Source of the DNA: Alphaproteobacteria bacterium
Lineage (GTDB): Bacteria > Pseudomonadota > Alphaproteobacteria > GCA-2731375
Assembly (NCBI GenBank): GCA_965225945.1
Contig: CBDDBZ010000033.1
Span: forward strand, 224,001-288,000
DNA: 64,000 bases
Reading direction: 5' to 3'
Made by a program: the position numbers and the translations under genes. The notes under the pieces were generated by a model, which was given only the letters and a program-made list of their open reading frames with translations, searched no databases and was not told the DNA's origin. Shown piece by piece: positions 32,139-44,372 of the stretch; the stretch's first letter is position 1; each line of letters opens with the position of its first letter.

Positions 32139-33995
32139 CTTCTCGAAGATCGAGGCCGGCAAGCTCGATCTCGAGGCGATCCCGATCTCGATCTGCGATG
32201 CCCTCGAAGGCGTCGGCGAAACCCTTGCGCCCACCGCCAGAAACAAGGGCATCCGGCTCAGCACCTACGTCGATCCCGCCATTCCCGATGCGGTTGTCGG
32301 TGACCAAACGCGCATCCGCCAGATCCTTTTTAATCTGGGCGGCAACGCGATCAAGTTCACCGAAGCGGGCAAGGTGCTGATTCGCGCCGACAGGGTGCCC
32401 TCGAAGGCGAAGAAGAAGGTGACCGTCCGCTTCCAGATCATCGATTCAGGCATCGGAATTCCGAAGGAGGCTCAAAGGGAGCTGTTCCAGGCCTTCACCC
32501 AAGCCGAACGTTCGACGGCGCGGCGCTACGGCGGCACCGGGCTGGGGCTCTCGATTGTCCAGCGCTTGGCCAAGATGATGAAGGGTTCGATCGAGGTGGA
32601 GAGCACGCCCGGAAAGGGTTCCGTCTTCACGCTCACGGCGAGCTTCCCCGTGGCCGAGGAGCATCGCATCAAATCCGACGGCCTCGATCTCGCTGGCCTG
32701 AACGTCCTCTTGCTCGTTAGGGACGACGACGTGCGGGAGTTGTTCTCCCGATATCTACGACATTGGAATGCCGAGGTCACTCTGTGCGGGCAGATCGGCC
32801 GAACGAAGCGGCTCGCGCCGGATGCCGTGGCTAAGGGCAAGCCGTTCGATGTCATCGTCATTGGTTCGGGATGGTCGCCTAAAAAGCAGGCCGATGTCAT
32901 CGCGTCCATTCGCGGCGCCGAGGGCCTGGCCGGGACCCGGTTCACCGTCATGGCTTCAACCCGTACGAAGGTGGATCGAATGCATATTGCCGAGACCGCG
33001 ATTGTGGATGCGGACCCACTGCGCCGAGCCAGATTTATCCGCGCCGTCGCCATGGCGGCCGGTCGGGCCAGCCCGGAAGTTCAGTTCGATGAGGATGTAG
33101 TTGCCGCCAAGGGCAGACCGGCGCCCTCGGTCGAGGAAGCCGAAGCGATGGGACAGCTCATCCTGGTGGCCGAGGACGACGTCACGAATCAACAGGTCAT
33201 CCTTCGCCAGCTCAATGTACTCGGCTATGCGGCGACGATCGCAACCGACGGCAAGGAAGCGATGGAGGCCTTGCGGACCAGATCCCACGCTCTGCTGCTG
33301 ACGGACTGCCACATGCCGAACATGGATGGCTACGAGCTGACCGAGGCCATCAGGAAGGCCGAAAAGAAAACCGGAACGCGCCGCCCCATCATCGCGATCA
33401 CCGCCAGCGCGCTGAAAGCGGAGATCGATCGGTGCTTCGAGTCGGGGATGGACGACTATCTCTCCAAACCGCTGGAGATGTCGAAGCTGAACGAGGCCCT
33501 GCGCAAATGGATGCCGGTCCCCGATGACGGATTGCCGGTTGCGGCCGTGGAAGCGCCCGCGATGACGCCGGCCAAGGGTGAACAAGACGACGGCCCGACC
33601 GGTCCCCTCGACCCGAACGCCCTGAAAAGCTTGTTCGGCGACGCCGCCGACACCATCCGTAAACTCCTCGCGAAATTCGTTGCGTCGGCGTCGGAGACGG
33701 TCGCCCAAATCGAAGACGCCTGCAGGCGGAAATCGGCTGAGGAGGTGGGCGCCCTCGGCCACAAATTGAAGTCGTCGTCGAGACAGATTGGGGCATACGC
33801 TCTGTCCGAGGTTTGTGTCGTACTAGAGCGAGCGGGCGCGGCATCCGATTGGCCGACGATCGAGAGCGATGTGCCGATACTGCGCGAGCGCATGAGCGAG
33901 GTGGCCGACTTCATCGCCAATCAGTCTTGAGGCGAACACGCGTGCTACCGATGCGATGCGCGGTGCCAGAACCAGGATGAAGCCATGACGGTTCC

Positions 33996-34500
33996 TTAGT
34001 GTCTGGCCCAAAAAGAGTTGAGTGATTTCAGTATGTTGTGATTCTCTCGTTTGTGTTGAAGCAAATTAGGAGGCACGATGTGTGGACTGAAATGACTCAG
34101 CCGCAGCATGACTGGTCCAGCCTACGATATATAAGTGATCTGACGGAGGCGGAATGGAACTCGATTGCGCCCTGTTGCCATCGGTCAGGCGTCTGGGTCG
34201 CCCACGGAGGAGCGATTTTCGCGAACTGCCGAACGCGATCGTACCCATGGCGCGCACGGGTTGGCAATGGAGGATATTGCCGCGCGAGTTCCCGCCGCGC
34301 TCGACCCTGTAGCGCTAGTTTTACGCCTGGCGTCGCGACGCCGTCCTGCACGATCTCGACCATCATCCCCCAATGGCGGCGGCTTGCTGCTCGGCGCCCT
34401 GGTCGGCGATATCCAGGACCGCGACGGCGCGACGGTGCTGCAGGCGTCGCTCCGAGAGGCCTTCCCCGGGCGGTGCCATGGCTTCGCCGACGGCGCCATC
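33996..34500 (+). mobile_element. Degraded IS5-family (IS1031-like) element remnant
   Basis: AGGAGG then WTEMTQ...LRYISDLTEAEW..I.P, and later DIQDRDGA; several frameshifts and deletions. Confidence 0.7.
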
Positions 34501-34733
34501 ACTTGGCAAACGAGGAAATGCGGGAGGCCCACCACCTGGTTCACACGGTGAAGGGGGCGGCCGGACATTTGGCGGCGTTGGAACTGTACGCTCATGCCGA
34601 AAAACTCGAGCACGCCTTGCTAGAGCCCCATTCCAAGGGGCTTGCCGATCTGGTAAATTATTTCGAAGCTGCCTTTAACGAGGCCGTCGGCGCGGCGGAA
34701 CGATTGGCTTCGACGCGTCGGGCGCGGGGCTAG
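34501..34733 (+). pseudogene. Hpt domain C-terminal remnant
   Basis: AHHLVHTVKGAAGHLAA...LE motif; N-terminus lost at the IS remnant. Confidence 0.65.
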
Positions 34734-34767
34734 TGGGAATCTTCACCTCGACCGCAACCCGTGGAGA

Positions 34768-36035
34768 ATGTATGGCATGACCGATTCATCGCCAAAGACC
34801 TACAAATTCTTCGTCGTGGATGACGACCCGTTCTTCATCGAGGCTCTGAGCGGCCTGCTCGAAGCCGAGGGGCATGACGTCCGCTCGACCTCGACGAGCG
34901 GCGAGGCCATCGCCAAAATTCGCGAGGCCCGGCCCGATTGCGTGCTGACCGACCTGTTGATGCCCGGCACCGACGGAATGCAGCTGGTGAAGACGATAAA
35001 GCAAGACGCCGAGCTGGCGGGAATCAAGGTCATCGTGGTGTCGGCCAAGTCCTTCGGCTTCGATAAACGGCAAGCCAGGAAATTCGGAGCCGATGCGTTT
35101 ATCGAAAAACCCTTCGACGCCGACGGATTTTTCAGCGTCGTCGACCAGGTGATGGAAGATAAGATCGAAGTCACGTTCTGGGGCGTGCGCGGCACCCTTC
35201 CCGTCGCCGGGCGACGCTCGTTACGCTACGGCGGAAACACCTCCTGCGTGACATTGTCTCTTCCCCAGGGGCGTCTCTTCCCCAGGGGCGGTTTTTCATT
35301 TTCGATGCCGGCACCGGCATCAAGGAGCTATCCAATGCCCTGGCGGCCGGAAACAAATTGAACTTGGACGCCAAGATATTCATTTCGCACCCGCATTGGG
35401 ATCACATCAACGCCCTGCCCTTCTTCGCGCCGCTCTATCTTCCGGGCAACGAATTTGAAATCTCCGGCCCGGTGCACGCGGATATGTCCATGCGGGAGCT
35501 GATTTCGGCACAAATGGACGATGTATTTTTCCCGATAACCATGAAGGAATTCGGCGCGCGGGTTTATTTTCGGGACCTGGGCGAAGAGGAATTCGAAATC
35601 GAGGGGCTCGCCGTCAAGACCATGTTGCTCAGCCATCCGGGAAATTGCCTCGGATATCGGGTCGAATACGGCGGCCGATCGGTTTGCTATATTACCGACA
35701 ATGAACTCTTTCTTCCCGACTCTCCACAGCACAATCCGCATTACCTCGACCGCTTGACGGCGTTCGTGGCGGGCACCGACGCCTTGATAACCGAATGCAC
35801 ATACACGGACGAGGAATACGCGACCAAGGTCGGCTGGGGCCATTCCTGCGTCAGCCAGGTCGTCGATCTCGCCCACCGGGCAAAGGCCGAAAATCTGTAC
35901 ATCGTCCATCACGACCCCGATCAAGACGACGACGACATCGATGCTAAATTGGCAAGCGCCCAGAGCAGACTGGCTTCGCTCAACTCGGACACCCGATGCC
36001 GGGCCCCGGTCGAGGCGGAGACGATAAAAATCTAG
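34768..36035 (+). pseudogene. Response regulator receiver fused to an MBL-fold hydrolase, frameshifted
   Basis: REC (VVDDD, DLLMP, KP), FWGVRG...YGGNTSC, SHPHWDHI; 17-bp tandem duplication at 35256-35289 shifts the frame. Confidence 0.85.
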
Positions 36036-36045
36036 CCGCGTAACT

Positions 36046-37221
36046 TATACCAATTGACCTTGAGGGAGACTCACTTTGAGGATTCCCATGGTGGATGATT
36101 TCTGACTCAATTCCGGTGATTCGGAGTTGAGGAGGTTCACCATGGGAGCGGCGATCGGGTTACGAGAGGATTTCGATGCGGCGGAGCTGCGTCGCTTGGC
36201 GAAGCTTTCCAAGGATGCCGGCCAGAGCCGCCGGCTCTTGGCTCTCGCGGTGATCTATGACGGTGGGCGGCGGACGGATGCGGCACGGACCGGCCACGTG
36301 GGGCTTCAGGTGATCCGAGATTGGGTGTTGCATTTCAACGCCGAGGGCCCGGACGGCTTGATCGATCGCAAGGCGCCCGGTGCGGTGGCGAAGCTCGACG
36401 ATGCACAACGCCAGGCGCTGGGGGCACGCGTCGATGCGGGGCCGAACCCGGCGGTCGACGGCGTGGTGCGCTGGCGGCTGAAGGATCTGGCGGGCTGGAT
36501 CCGGGATATGTTCGCGATCTCGCTCGACGAGACCACGGTGAGCCGGGAATTGAAGGCGATGGGCTTCACGAAGATGACGGCGCGTCCGCGCCACCATGCC
36601 CAGGAGGAGGGCGTCATCGAGGATTTTAAAAAAAATTCCCCGAGCTGGTGGCGCAAGCCCGCCGGCGCCTGCCCGACGGCACCGAGATAGAAATCTGGTG
36701 GCAGGACGAAGCCCGTGTCGGCCAGAAGAACAAGATCACTCGGCGCTGGGCGCGGCGCGGAACCCGGCCCCGCGCACCGCATGACCAGCGCACCAAATCA
36801 GCCTATATCTTCGGCGCCATCTGTCCCGAACGCGGCGTCGGCGCCGCCCTCGTGCTCCCCCACTGCGACACCCAGGCCATGCAGCTGCATCTGGAGGAGA
36901 TCTCCTCCCGGGTAGGCGCGCGCGCGCATGCCCTCCTGCTCCTCGATCAGGCGGGTTGGCACACCACGGACAAGCTGAAGATCCCCGCCAACGTTACCCT
37001 CCTGCCCCTGCCACCACGCTCGCCGGAGCTCAATCCGACCGAAAACATCTGGCAGTTCATGCGCGACAACTGGCTGTCCAACTTGGTCTTCCAATCCGAC
37101 GAGCAGATCATCACCTCCTGCTGCGAAGCCTGGAACAAGCTCATCGATCAACCATGGAACATCACGTCCATCGGGCGGCGTAAATGGGCGCATGAGTTCT
37201 GGTTAATGCCGATTGGTATTA
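36046..37221 (+). mobile_element. IS630-family element, two-ORF transposase (36142-36690 and ~36630-37229) with a slippery A-run
   Basis: Ends TACCAAT.../...ATTGGTA; TTTTAAAAAAAA near 36624-36635; QDEAR, DQAGWH, SPELNPTENIW (DDE). Confidence 0.9.
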
Positions 37222-37225
37222 GAGC

Positions 37226-38286
37226 ATGACCCGGGGAAATCGATTTAGCGGATTGATCCTCGGCACCGCCGTCGGCGACGCGCTCGGCCTGCCGTTCGAA
37301 GGGCTGGGGCGGCGGCGGATCGCGCGCCTGCACGAGGGACGCTGGCGCCATCGCTTTCTCTTCGGTCGTGGCTTCGTCAGCGACGATACCAACCACACCC
37401 TCCTCGTCGCGCTTTCGCTCATCGCCGCGCCCCGCGCGCGGGAGCGCTTCGAGGCCATCCTGGCGCGCCGCCTCCGGTGGTGGCTGGTTGGACTGCCGCT
37501 GGGCGCGGGCCGCGCCACCTACCTCTCGATCCTCCGCCTGTGGCTCGGGTTCCCTCCGAGCCGAAGCGGTATCCATTCCGCCGGCAACGGCCCGGCGATG
37601 CGAAGTGCGGCGATCGGCGCGTTCTTCGCCGATGATCGGGTGGCGCTCGACGACTATGTCGAAGCCTCGACCCGGATCACCCACACCGATCCCCGCGCCC
37701 TGGTCGGTGCCCGTGCCGTGGCGCTCGTCGCCGCCCTGATCGTGGCCACGGATTGCGACCGCCGCCCGGAGATCGACGCGCTGGACGCCGCCTTGCGCCC
37801 GGCGGGCGAAGGCGACGCGGCGTGGTCGGAGCTTTGCGACCAGATACGACGTGCCGCCACCGATCGACTTTCGGTCGCAGACTTCGCCGGCCGGCTCGGC
37901 CTCGGCGATGGCGTCAGCGGTTTCATCTATCACACCGTCCCCGTGGCGATTTACGCCTGGCATGCCCATTGGGGTGACTTCGAGGCGACCCCGGCCGAGG
38001 TCCTGGAAGCGGGCGGCGATACGGATACGGTCGTGGCGCCGGCGCGCTCGCCGGCGCCACGACGGGAGAGGACGGCATCCCGAAGGATTGGATCGATGGT
38101 CTCGCCGCCTGGCCGCACGGTGTCGGCTACATGCGCCGGGTGGCGGCGCACCTGGAGCATGTCGCGACGACGGGTTCGGCGGCCGCCCCGCCGGCTTGCT
38201 TCTGGCCCCTGTTGCCGATGCGAAATCTGCTCGGAAACTATGTGGCCCTGGCCCATCTGGCGAAACGGTTGGTTCCGTCGGGCTGA
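37226..38286 (+). pseudogene. ADP-ribosylglycohydrolase (DraG/ARH family), frameshifted near 38035
   Basis: GTAVGDALG, SDDT, GNGPAMR, TH, GGDTDT; the continuation AGALAGA...IPKDW is in another frame ending at 38286. Confidence 0.8.
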
Positions 38287-38317
38287 GGCCTTGCCCGAAT
38301 TCTCGCAATCGAGCCCT

Positions 38318-41300
38318 CTACTCGAGCGCGAGGAGTAGCGCTTCGGCGTCCTTCAAGTCGGGGGTGTCGAAGCCTTCCCGGAACCAGCCGTGGATCGGTG
38401 CCAGAAGGTCACGTGCCGTGTCCCTCCAACCTTGATCGCGCCACAGCGTGGCGAGGGAGGTTGCCGCGCGAAGTTCCCAAGACTTCGCCTGCTGATCGCG
38501 TGCAATCGAAATCGCCTGGCCAAAGCACCTCTCGGCATCGACTTCTCGATCGCTCGGCTCGTCACACCGCAGCAGAAGTACCCCCTTCAAACGCCGCAGC
38601 TCCGCCTCGACCAGTCGGTCACCGGTCCGATCGACCACCGCGAGGGCGTCGTTCAGGGCTTCGCGGGCCTCTTCAAACCTGCCGGCGGCGAGACAGCTAT
38701 CGACCAGGGCGAAGGGCCACCAAGCCTCCGTCTTCGGCACGGGCATGTCGAGGCCGCGACGGATCTCCGCCATGCCGTCGTCGAGCGATCCACACAGGAC
38801 CAGGGCTCGCCCGCGATAGACGGTAGCGAAGGCCAAGAAGAACGGAAGCTCGTAGTCGGTCGCGAGCGCGATCGTTCGATCGGCCTCGATCCGGCTTTGC
38901 TCCACGTCGCGAAGCAACGCGTAGACGAAGGTCGTCACGATCCCCACGACGGCCCGTGAATAGGGGTGGTTCAGGTGGTCGGCATGCTCGACAGCTCGTC
39001 GCAGCAGACGGTCGGCGCGCTCCGGATAGCCCAATATCCACAGTGCGGCACCCGCCATGCATGATGACACGACGAAGGGATCCTGCCCGTAGGTCATGGC
39101 ATTTTCACCATGGGCCGCGGGATCGTAGAGCTCGAGCCCATGTTCGAAATGATCACGCGCCATGGCAAAATCACCGCGCCAAAGCGCTGTTTGCCCGAGG
39201 GCCCGATACGATTCGACGGCGTAAGTCGAGCTCTCTCGCGATTGTGCCAGTTGCAACAGTTCGTGACCGATTTCGCGAGCGGCATCCAGGCGCGAGCCGA
39301 CCTGATAACAGAGCCACAACCCCCGCAATACGGCAAAGAGCTGATAGGCGTCGGGCACCCGCCGGCAAAGTTCTCGCGCGCGAAGGAAGGCCGATTCCAC
39401 CTCGGGCGCGGCCTGTCCCTTGGTGGCCGTGTAGGCCATGCCCAGGCGGGCCTGTAGTTCGACCTCCGATCGAATGCGCTCGCCGTCCTCGGGCAGTTCA
39501 GGAAGCACCTCGAGCGCTCGCGTCAGGTGTTCCACCGCGTCACGATGCGCCGATCGCTCCACGGCCCGGCGCGCCGCCAACTGCCAGTAGTGAATACCTC
39601 GCTCGAAGTCGCCGGCAGAGACGAAATGGTGGGCGACGAGCTCCGGCTCCGCCTCGACGCGACCCGCGAAGTCGGTCTCCAGCGAGCGCGCAATCCGCCC
39701 GTGCAAAATTCGCCGCTTAGCCAGCAACAGGCTCTCATAGGCCGTATCGCGGACCAGCGCATGTTTGAACGTGTAGCGAGCATCCGGCGGCACGCCGCGA
39801 CGAAACAACAACTCCGCGCCCTCGAGCTGATCGAGCGCCTCCCCGAGCGCTCCATCGTCGAGCGGTGAGATGGCCGGCAAGAGTGGGAAGTCGAACTGGC
39901 GGCCGATGCAGGCGGCGCTCTGCGCCACCTCCTTGACGGGTTGCAGGCGATCGAGACGTGCCATCAACGAGTCGTGCAACGTCGCGGGGATAGCCAACCG
40001 GCTCAAGGATCCTTCGAGCACGTAGGCATCGTCGGTTTCGGTCAGTCCATCAGATTCGAGCAAAGTCTTGGTCAACTCCTCGACGAACAGCGGTACGCCG
40101 TCGGTCCTGGCGACGATTTCGTCGAGGAGCTCGGCGGGAAGCACCTTGCCATCCGTCATGCCCTCGGCGATGGCGAGGATATGGTCACGGCCGAGGCGAT
40201 TGAGGGCGAGACGGGTGACATTCGGGTGTCCACCGAAGCCATGCGTGAAGGTGGGACGCGCGGTCACGAGGATGAACACGGGCGCATCGCCCACGTGATC
40301 GAGACACAGATCGAGGAATTCCAGCGTCGTCGCATCGATCCAATGCGCGTCCTCGACGACGAACAGGACGGGCTTCGCGCGCGACAGGCCGACGAGTTGA
40401 TCGGCGAGCGCATCGAGGGTGCGGTTGCGCCGTTGTTGCGGCGAGAGGTCGAGTTTGCCGTGACGGACCTCGCCGTCAAGACCGATCAGCTCGGCGATCA
40501 GCGCCGTCGCCATGGCATTGCTCTCGCCGGCCAGGGACAGAAGCGCCTCGAGTTTGTCGAGCCCGATCTGGTTCGTGTCCTCGGGCTGGATCCGAGCGGC
40601 CATGTTCAATTGCCGAACGGCCGGGTGAAGGGCCGAGTCGGCGTGATAGGGAGAGCACTGATAAGTCACCCGAATGTTATCGTCCCCGGCCACGGCGTCG
40701 ATCAGCGCGCGGGTGATCCGCGACTTGCCGATCCCGGCCTCGCCGCTCAGAAACACCATCTGGCCTTCGCCCGCCCGCGCCTGGCGCCAGCGCTCCCGCA
40801 GCAGGGCCAATTCCTGCTCGCGCCCGATCAAGGGGAGGACCTTGTCCGAGGAACGAGCCTCGAAGCGGCTTTCGAAGCGGCGTTCTCCACTTACCTCATA
40901 GGCGGTCACCGGGCCTTCCAGCCCCTTGAGATCGAGGGAAGCGAGCTCAGCCAGGACGAACCGTCGCCCGACGAGCCTCGAAGCGGCTTTCGAAGCGGCG
41001 TTCTCCACTTACCTCAGACTCTTCGTGGCCTCCGATATGACGACCCGTCCGGGACCCGCGACAGCTTGCAGACGCGCCGCCAAATTCGGCGTGACGCCTA
41101 GCACAGCCTCCTCCTGCGCCGCGCCCTCGCCGATCAGGTCGCCGACCACGACCCGCCCCGTGGCGATGCCGATGCGCACTTGCAACGGGCCCGTGGTGTC
41201 GCGCGCGAGTTCCCGGACCGCGCGAACGATCGACAGTGCCGAATGGATCGCGCGGGCGGCATCGTCCTCGTGCGCCACGGGATAGCCGAAATAGGCGATC

Positions 41301-41722
41301 ACGGCATCGCCCATGAACTTGGCGACATGGCCTCCGTAGCCCGTGATCTCGCTGGCGACCCTGCTCTGATAGGCTCGCATCACCTCGCGCAGGTCTTCGG
41401 GATCGAGCTGTTGCGACAACTCGGTCGAGCCGACGAGATCGCAAAATAAGACTGTCAACTGGCGCCGTTCGGCGTCCTGACCGACCCGCGGGTGCGGCAA
41501 GGCTTCGGGTCCGTCGGGGGTGGGCGACGCCATTTGCCGATCACGGAGCTCGGTGATCGCCTTCAGGGCGCGGCGGCGGGGGCCGATCGGCAGCCCCAAT
41601 TCCTCGAGATCGTCTTCGGTGATTTCCGGGAGGTCGTCGAGGGCGATCTCGTTCGCGGCAAAGACATCTCGATACTTCCCAAGACCGAGATCAATGAGCC
41701 AACCGTCGATATCGCTTCCCAT
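38318..41722 (-). pseudogene. SAM + class III adenylate/guanylate cyclase + AAA ATPase + TPR protein, split by a 42-nt insertion containing a stop
   Basis: ERRQLTVLFCDLVGST, GEAGIGKSR, EDAHW, WELRAA; the two ORFs share a frame, with TAA at 41009-41011. Confidence 0.87.
40853..41016. repeat. 46-bp direct repeat (40853-40898 and 40971-41016)
   Basis: ACGAGCCTCGAAGCGGCTTTCGAAGCGGCGTTCTCCACTTACCTCA present twice. Confidence 0.93.
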
Positions 41723-41816
41723 GGCGGCCCTCCCGCGTGCCATCGTAGCAGAGCAACCCCGAGGTTGCGGGCAAGCTTCGAGCACCTGCGAGATGGCACC
41801 GCCCAGCCCGTCCCGC

Positions 41817-42957
41817 TAGTGTTCCGATCCTAACAAAAGTTTCCCAAAGGGCTTGCGTTCTGCGATTCTGGGGGAATGACGAAGACATTGGCATGCATCT
41901 GGCTGTCTCCCGCGGAGCGGGCGACGCTGGAAGGGTTGGTTTCTGGGCGGAACACGCCGCAGAAGCTGGTTTGGCGGGCACGGATCGTGTTGCTGTCGGC
42001 TGACGGGATCGGCACGATGACGATCGTCCGGTTGGTCGGCAAAAGTAAGGTGACGGTGTGGCGCTGGCAGGAGCGCTACCTTGCCAAAGGCATCGCCGGA
42101 CTGCGCCGCGATGCGACGCGACCGGGACGCAAGCCGCCGCTGAGCGCCGAGGTGATCGAGCGGGTTGTGCATAAGACCTTGCACGAGACGCCGGAGGCGG
42201 CGACGCATTGGAGCATCCGCAAGATGGCCCGTGCCGTCGGCCTCAGCTACACCAGCGTGCAGCGGGTCTGGAAGGCGCACGGCCTCAAGCCGCACCTGGT
42301 GAAGACCTTCAAGCTGTCGAATGACGAGCACTTCGTCGAGAAGGTGCGCGATATCGTCGGTCTCTATCTCGATCCGCCGGACAAGGCGCTGGTTCTCTCG
42401 GTCGACGAGAAGAGCCAGATCCAGGCGCTCGACCGCACACAGCCCGGCTTGCCGATCAAGAAGGGCCGAGCCGGCACCATGACGCATGACTACAAGCGCC
42501 ACGGCACGACGACATTGTTCGCCGCGCTCGACGTCGCCACCGGCAAGGTCATCGGCCACTGCATGAAGCGGCACCGCCATCAGGAATGGCTGAAATTCCT
42601 GCGCCGTATCGACGCCGAGACGCCCAAGAAGCTCGACCTGCATCTGATCGCCGACAACTACGCCACCCACAAGCATCCCAAGGTCAAGGCGTGGTTGGCA
42701 AAACATCCTCGCTTCCATATGCACTTCACTCCGACATCCGCCTCCTGGCTCAGCCAGGTCGAACGCTTCTTCGGCCTGATCACCAGCGATCAAATCCGTT
42801 GCGGCGTGTTCAAGAGCGTCGCCGAACTCGAAACAGCCATTCAGGAATACCTCGAGCACCACAATGCCGATCCAAAACCCTTCGTATGGACCGCTTCCGC
42901 CACCGCCATACTCGAAAAAGTCGCTCGTGGGCGACAGGCGTTAGAGTCGGTACACTA
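41817..42957 (+). mobile_element. IS630-family element, apparently intact (transposase 41876-42958)
   Basis: TIRs TAGTGTTCCGATCCTAAC / GTTAGAGTCGGTACACTA within CTAG; VDEKSQIQAL, DNYATH, SWLSQVE. Confidence 0.95.
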
Positions 42958-43023
42958 GTCTAGCCTCATCTCGCCCGGCGCCTTCCACGCCATCGCCGTG
43001 GCGCCCCTCATCCTTGGCGGTCC

Positions 43024-43890
43024 ATGAAACCACCGGCTTTCGAGTACTTCGCCCCGGAGAGCCTCGAGGAGGCGGTCGCACTGCTCGCGCGCCACGGCGA
43101 CGACGCCAAGCTGTTGGCCGGCGGCCAGAGCCTCGTGGCGATGCTCAACTTTCGTCTGCTGAGTCCCGCCGTCATCGTCGATATCAACCGAATCCCCGAA
43201 CTCGACCAGATCGAGGAACGGGCCAGTGGGCTTCGGATCGGCGCGCTCACCCGCCACCATCGCCTGGAGATGTCCGAGGCCGTCCACGCCCGGTTTCCGG
43301 TGCTGACCGCGGCCATGGCTCATGTTGCGCACCTGGCCATTCGCAATCGGGGGACCCTCGGTGGCAGCCTCGCGCACGGCGATCCGGCGGCCGAGTTGCC
43401 GATGATCGCGGTCCTGCTGGAGGCGCGGATCACCGCCACGGGCAGCGGCGGCGAGCGCGAAATCGAGGCGGGCCGGTTCTTCTCGGGCGCGCTCGCCACC
43501 GTGCTTCGAGACGACGAAATCATCACCCGGATCGACCTCCCGGTGCTTGCCCAAGGCACCGGCTGGGGATTCGAGGAGTTCGCGCGACGGGCCGGCGATT
43601 TCGGGCTCGCGGGCGCGGCGGCGACGGTGACGCTTTCGGGCACGCGGGCGCGCGAGGTCCGCATCGCGCTTCTGGGCGTCGACGCCACGCCCGTCCGCGC
43701 GCGCGAAGCCGAGGCGATCCTCGTGGACACCGAGGGCGACGGCGACAGCCTCGACGCCGCGATTCTGGTGCTCCGCGCGTCGATCACGCCCGGCGAGGAT
43801 CTCCACGCCTCGCCCGACTACCGGCGCCATCTGGCGGGCGTCCTGGCGAAACGCGCGCTCACCTCCGCCTGGGCCAGGGCGGCCCCATGA
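43024..43890 (+). CDS. Molybdenum hydroxylase FAD-binding subunit (CoxM/XdhB-like)
   Basis: MKPPAFEY, AGGQSL, IRNRGTLGGS, DPAAE. Confidence 0.92.
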   Translation: MKPPAFEYFAPESLEEAVALLARHGDDAKLLAGGQSLVAMLNFRLLSPAVIVDINRIPELDQIEERASGLRIGALTRHHRLEMSEAVHARFPVLTAAMAHVAHLAIRNRGTLGGSLAHGDPAAELPMIAVLLEARITATGSGGEREIEAGRFFSGALATVLRDDEIITRIDLPVLAQGTGWGFEEFARRAGDFGLAGAAATVTLSGTRAREVRIALLGVDATPVRAREAEAILVDTEGDGDSLDAAILVLRASITPGEDLHASPDYRRHLAGVLAKRALTSAWARAAP

Positions 43891-44372
43891 GCAAGCGACG
43901 GGCGATCTCGCTGACCGTGAACGGCGCCACTTTCGAGCGGGAGGTGGAGCCCCGGCTGCTGCTGTCGGATTTTCTCCGCGACACGCTCGGCCTGACCGGC
44001 ACCCATGTCGGCTGCGAGCATGGCGTTTGTGGCGCCTGCACCGTCATCGTCGACGGCGACAGCCAGCGATCCTGCCTCACGCTCGCCGTGCAATGTGACG
44101 GCGCCGAAATCGAGACCGTCGAGGGCCTGGGCCGGATCGAGGAAATGAGCCGGCTGCAACGGGCTTTTCGCGAGCACCACGCGTTGCAGTGCGGCTTCTG
44201 CACGCCCGGCCTGTTGATGACGATCACCGACCTCTTGGCGAAGTATCCGTTGGCGAGCGAGGCGGAAATCCGGGCCGGCCTCGCGGGCAACATCTGCCGT
44301 TGTACCGGCTATGACAACATCGTCCGCGCGGTACGCGCTCTGGTCGACGAGCGGGAAGGCATTGCGCCGTGA
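43887..44372 (+). CDS. Molybdenum hydroxylase 2Fe-2S subunit (CoxS-like)
   Basis: GCEHGVCGAC, QCGFCTPG, CRCTGY; ATGA overlap. Confidence 0.93.
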   Translation: MSKRRAISLTVNGATFEREVEPRLLLSDFLRDTLGLTGTHVGCEHGVCGACTVIVDGDSQRSCLTLAVQCDGAEIETVEGLGRIEEMSRLQRAFREHHALQCGFCTPGLLMTITDLLAKYPLASEAEIRAGLAGNICRCTGYDNIVRAVRALVDEREGIAP

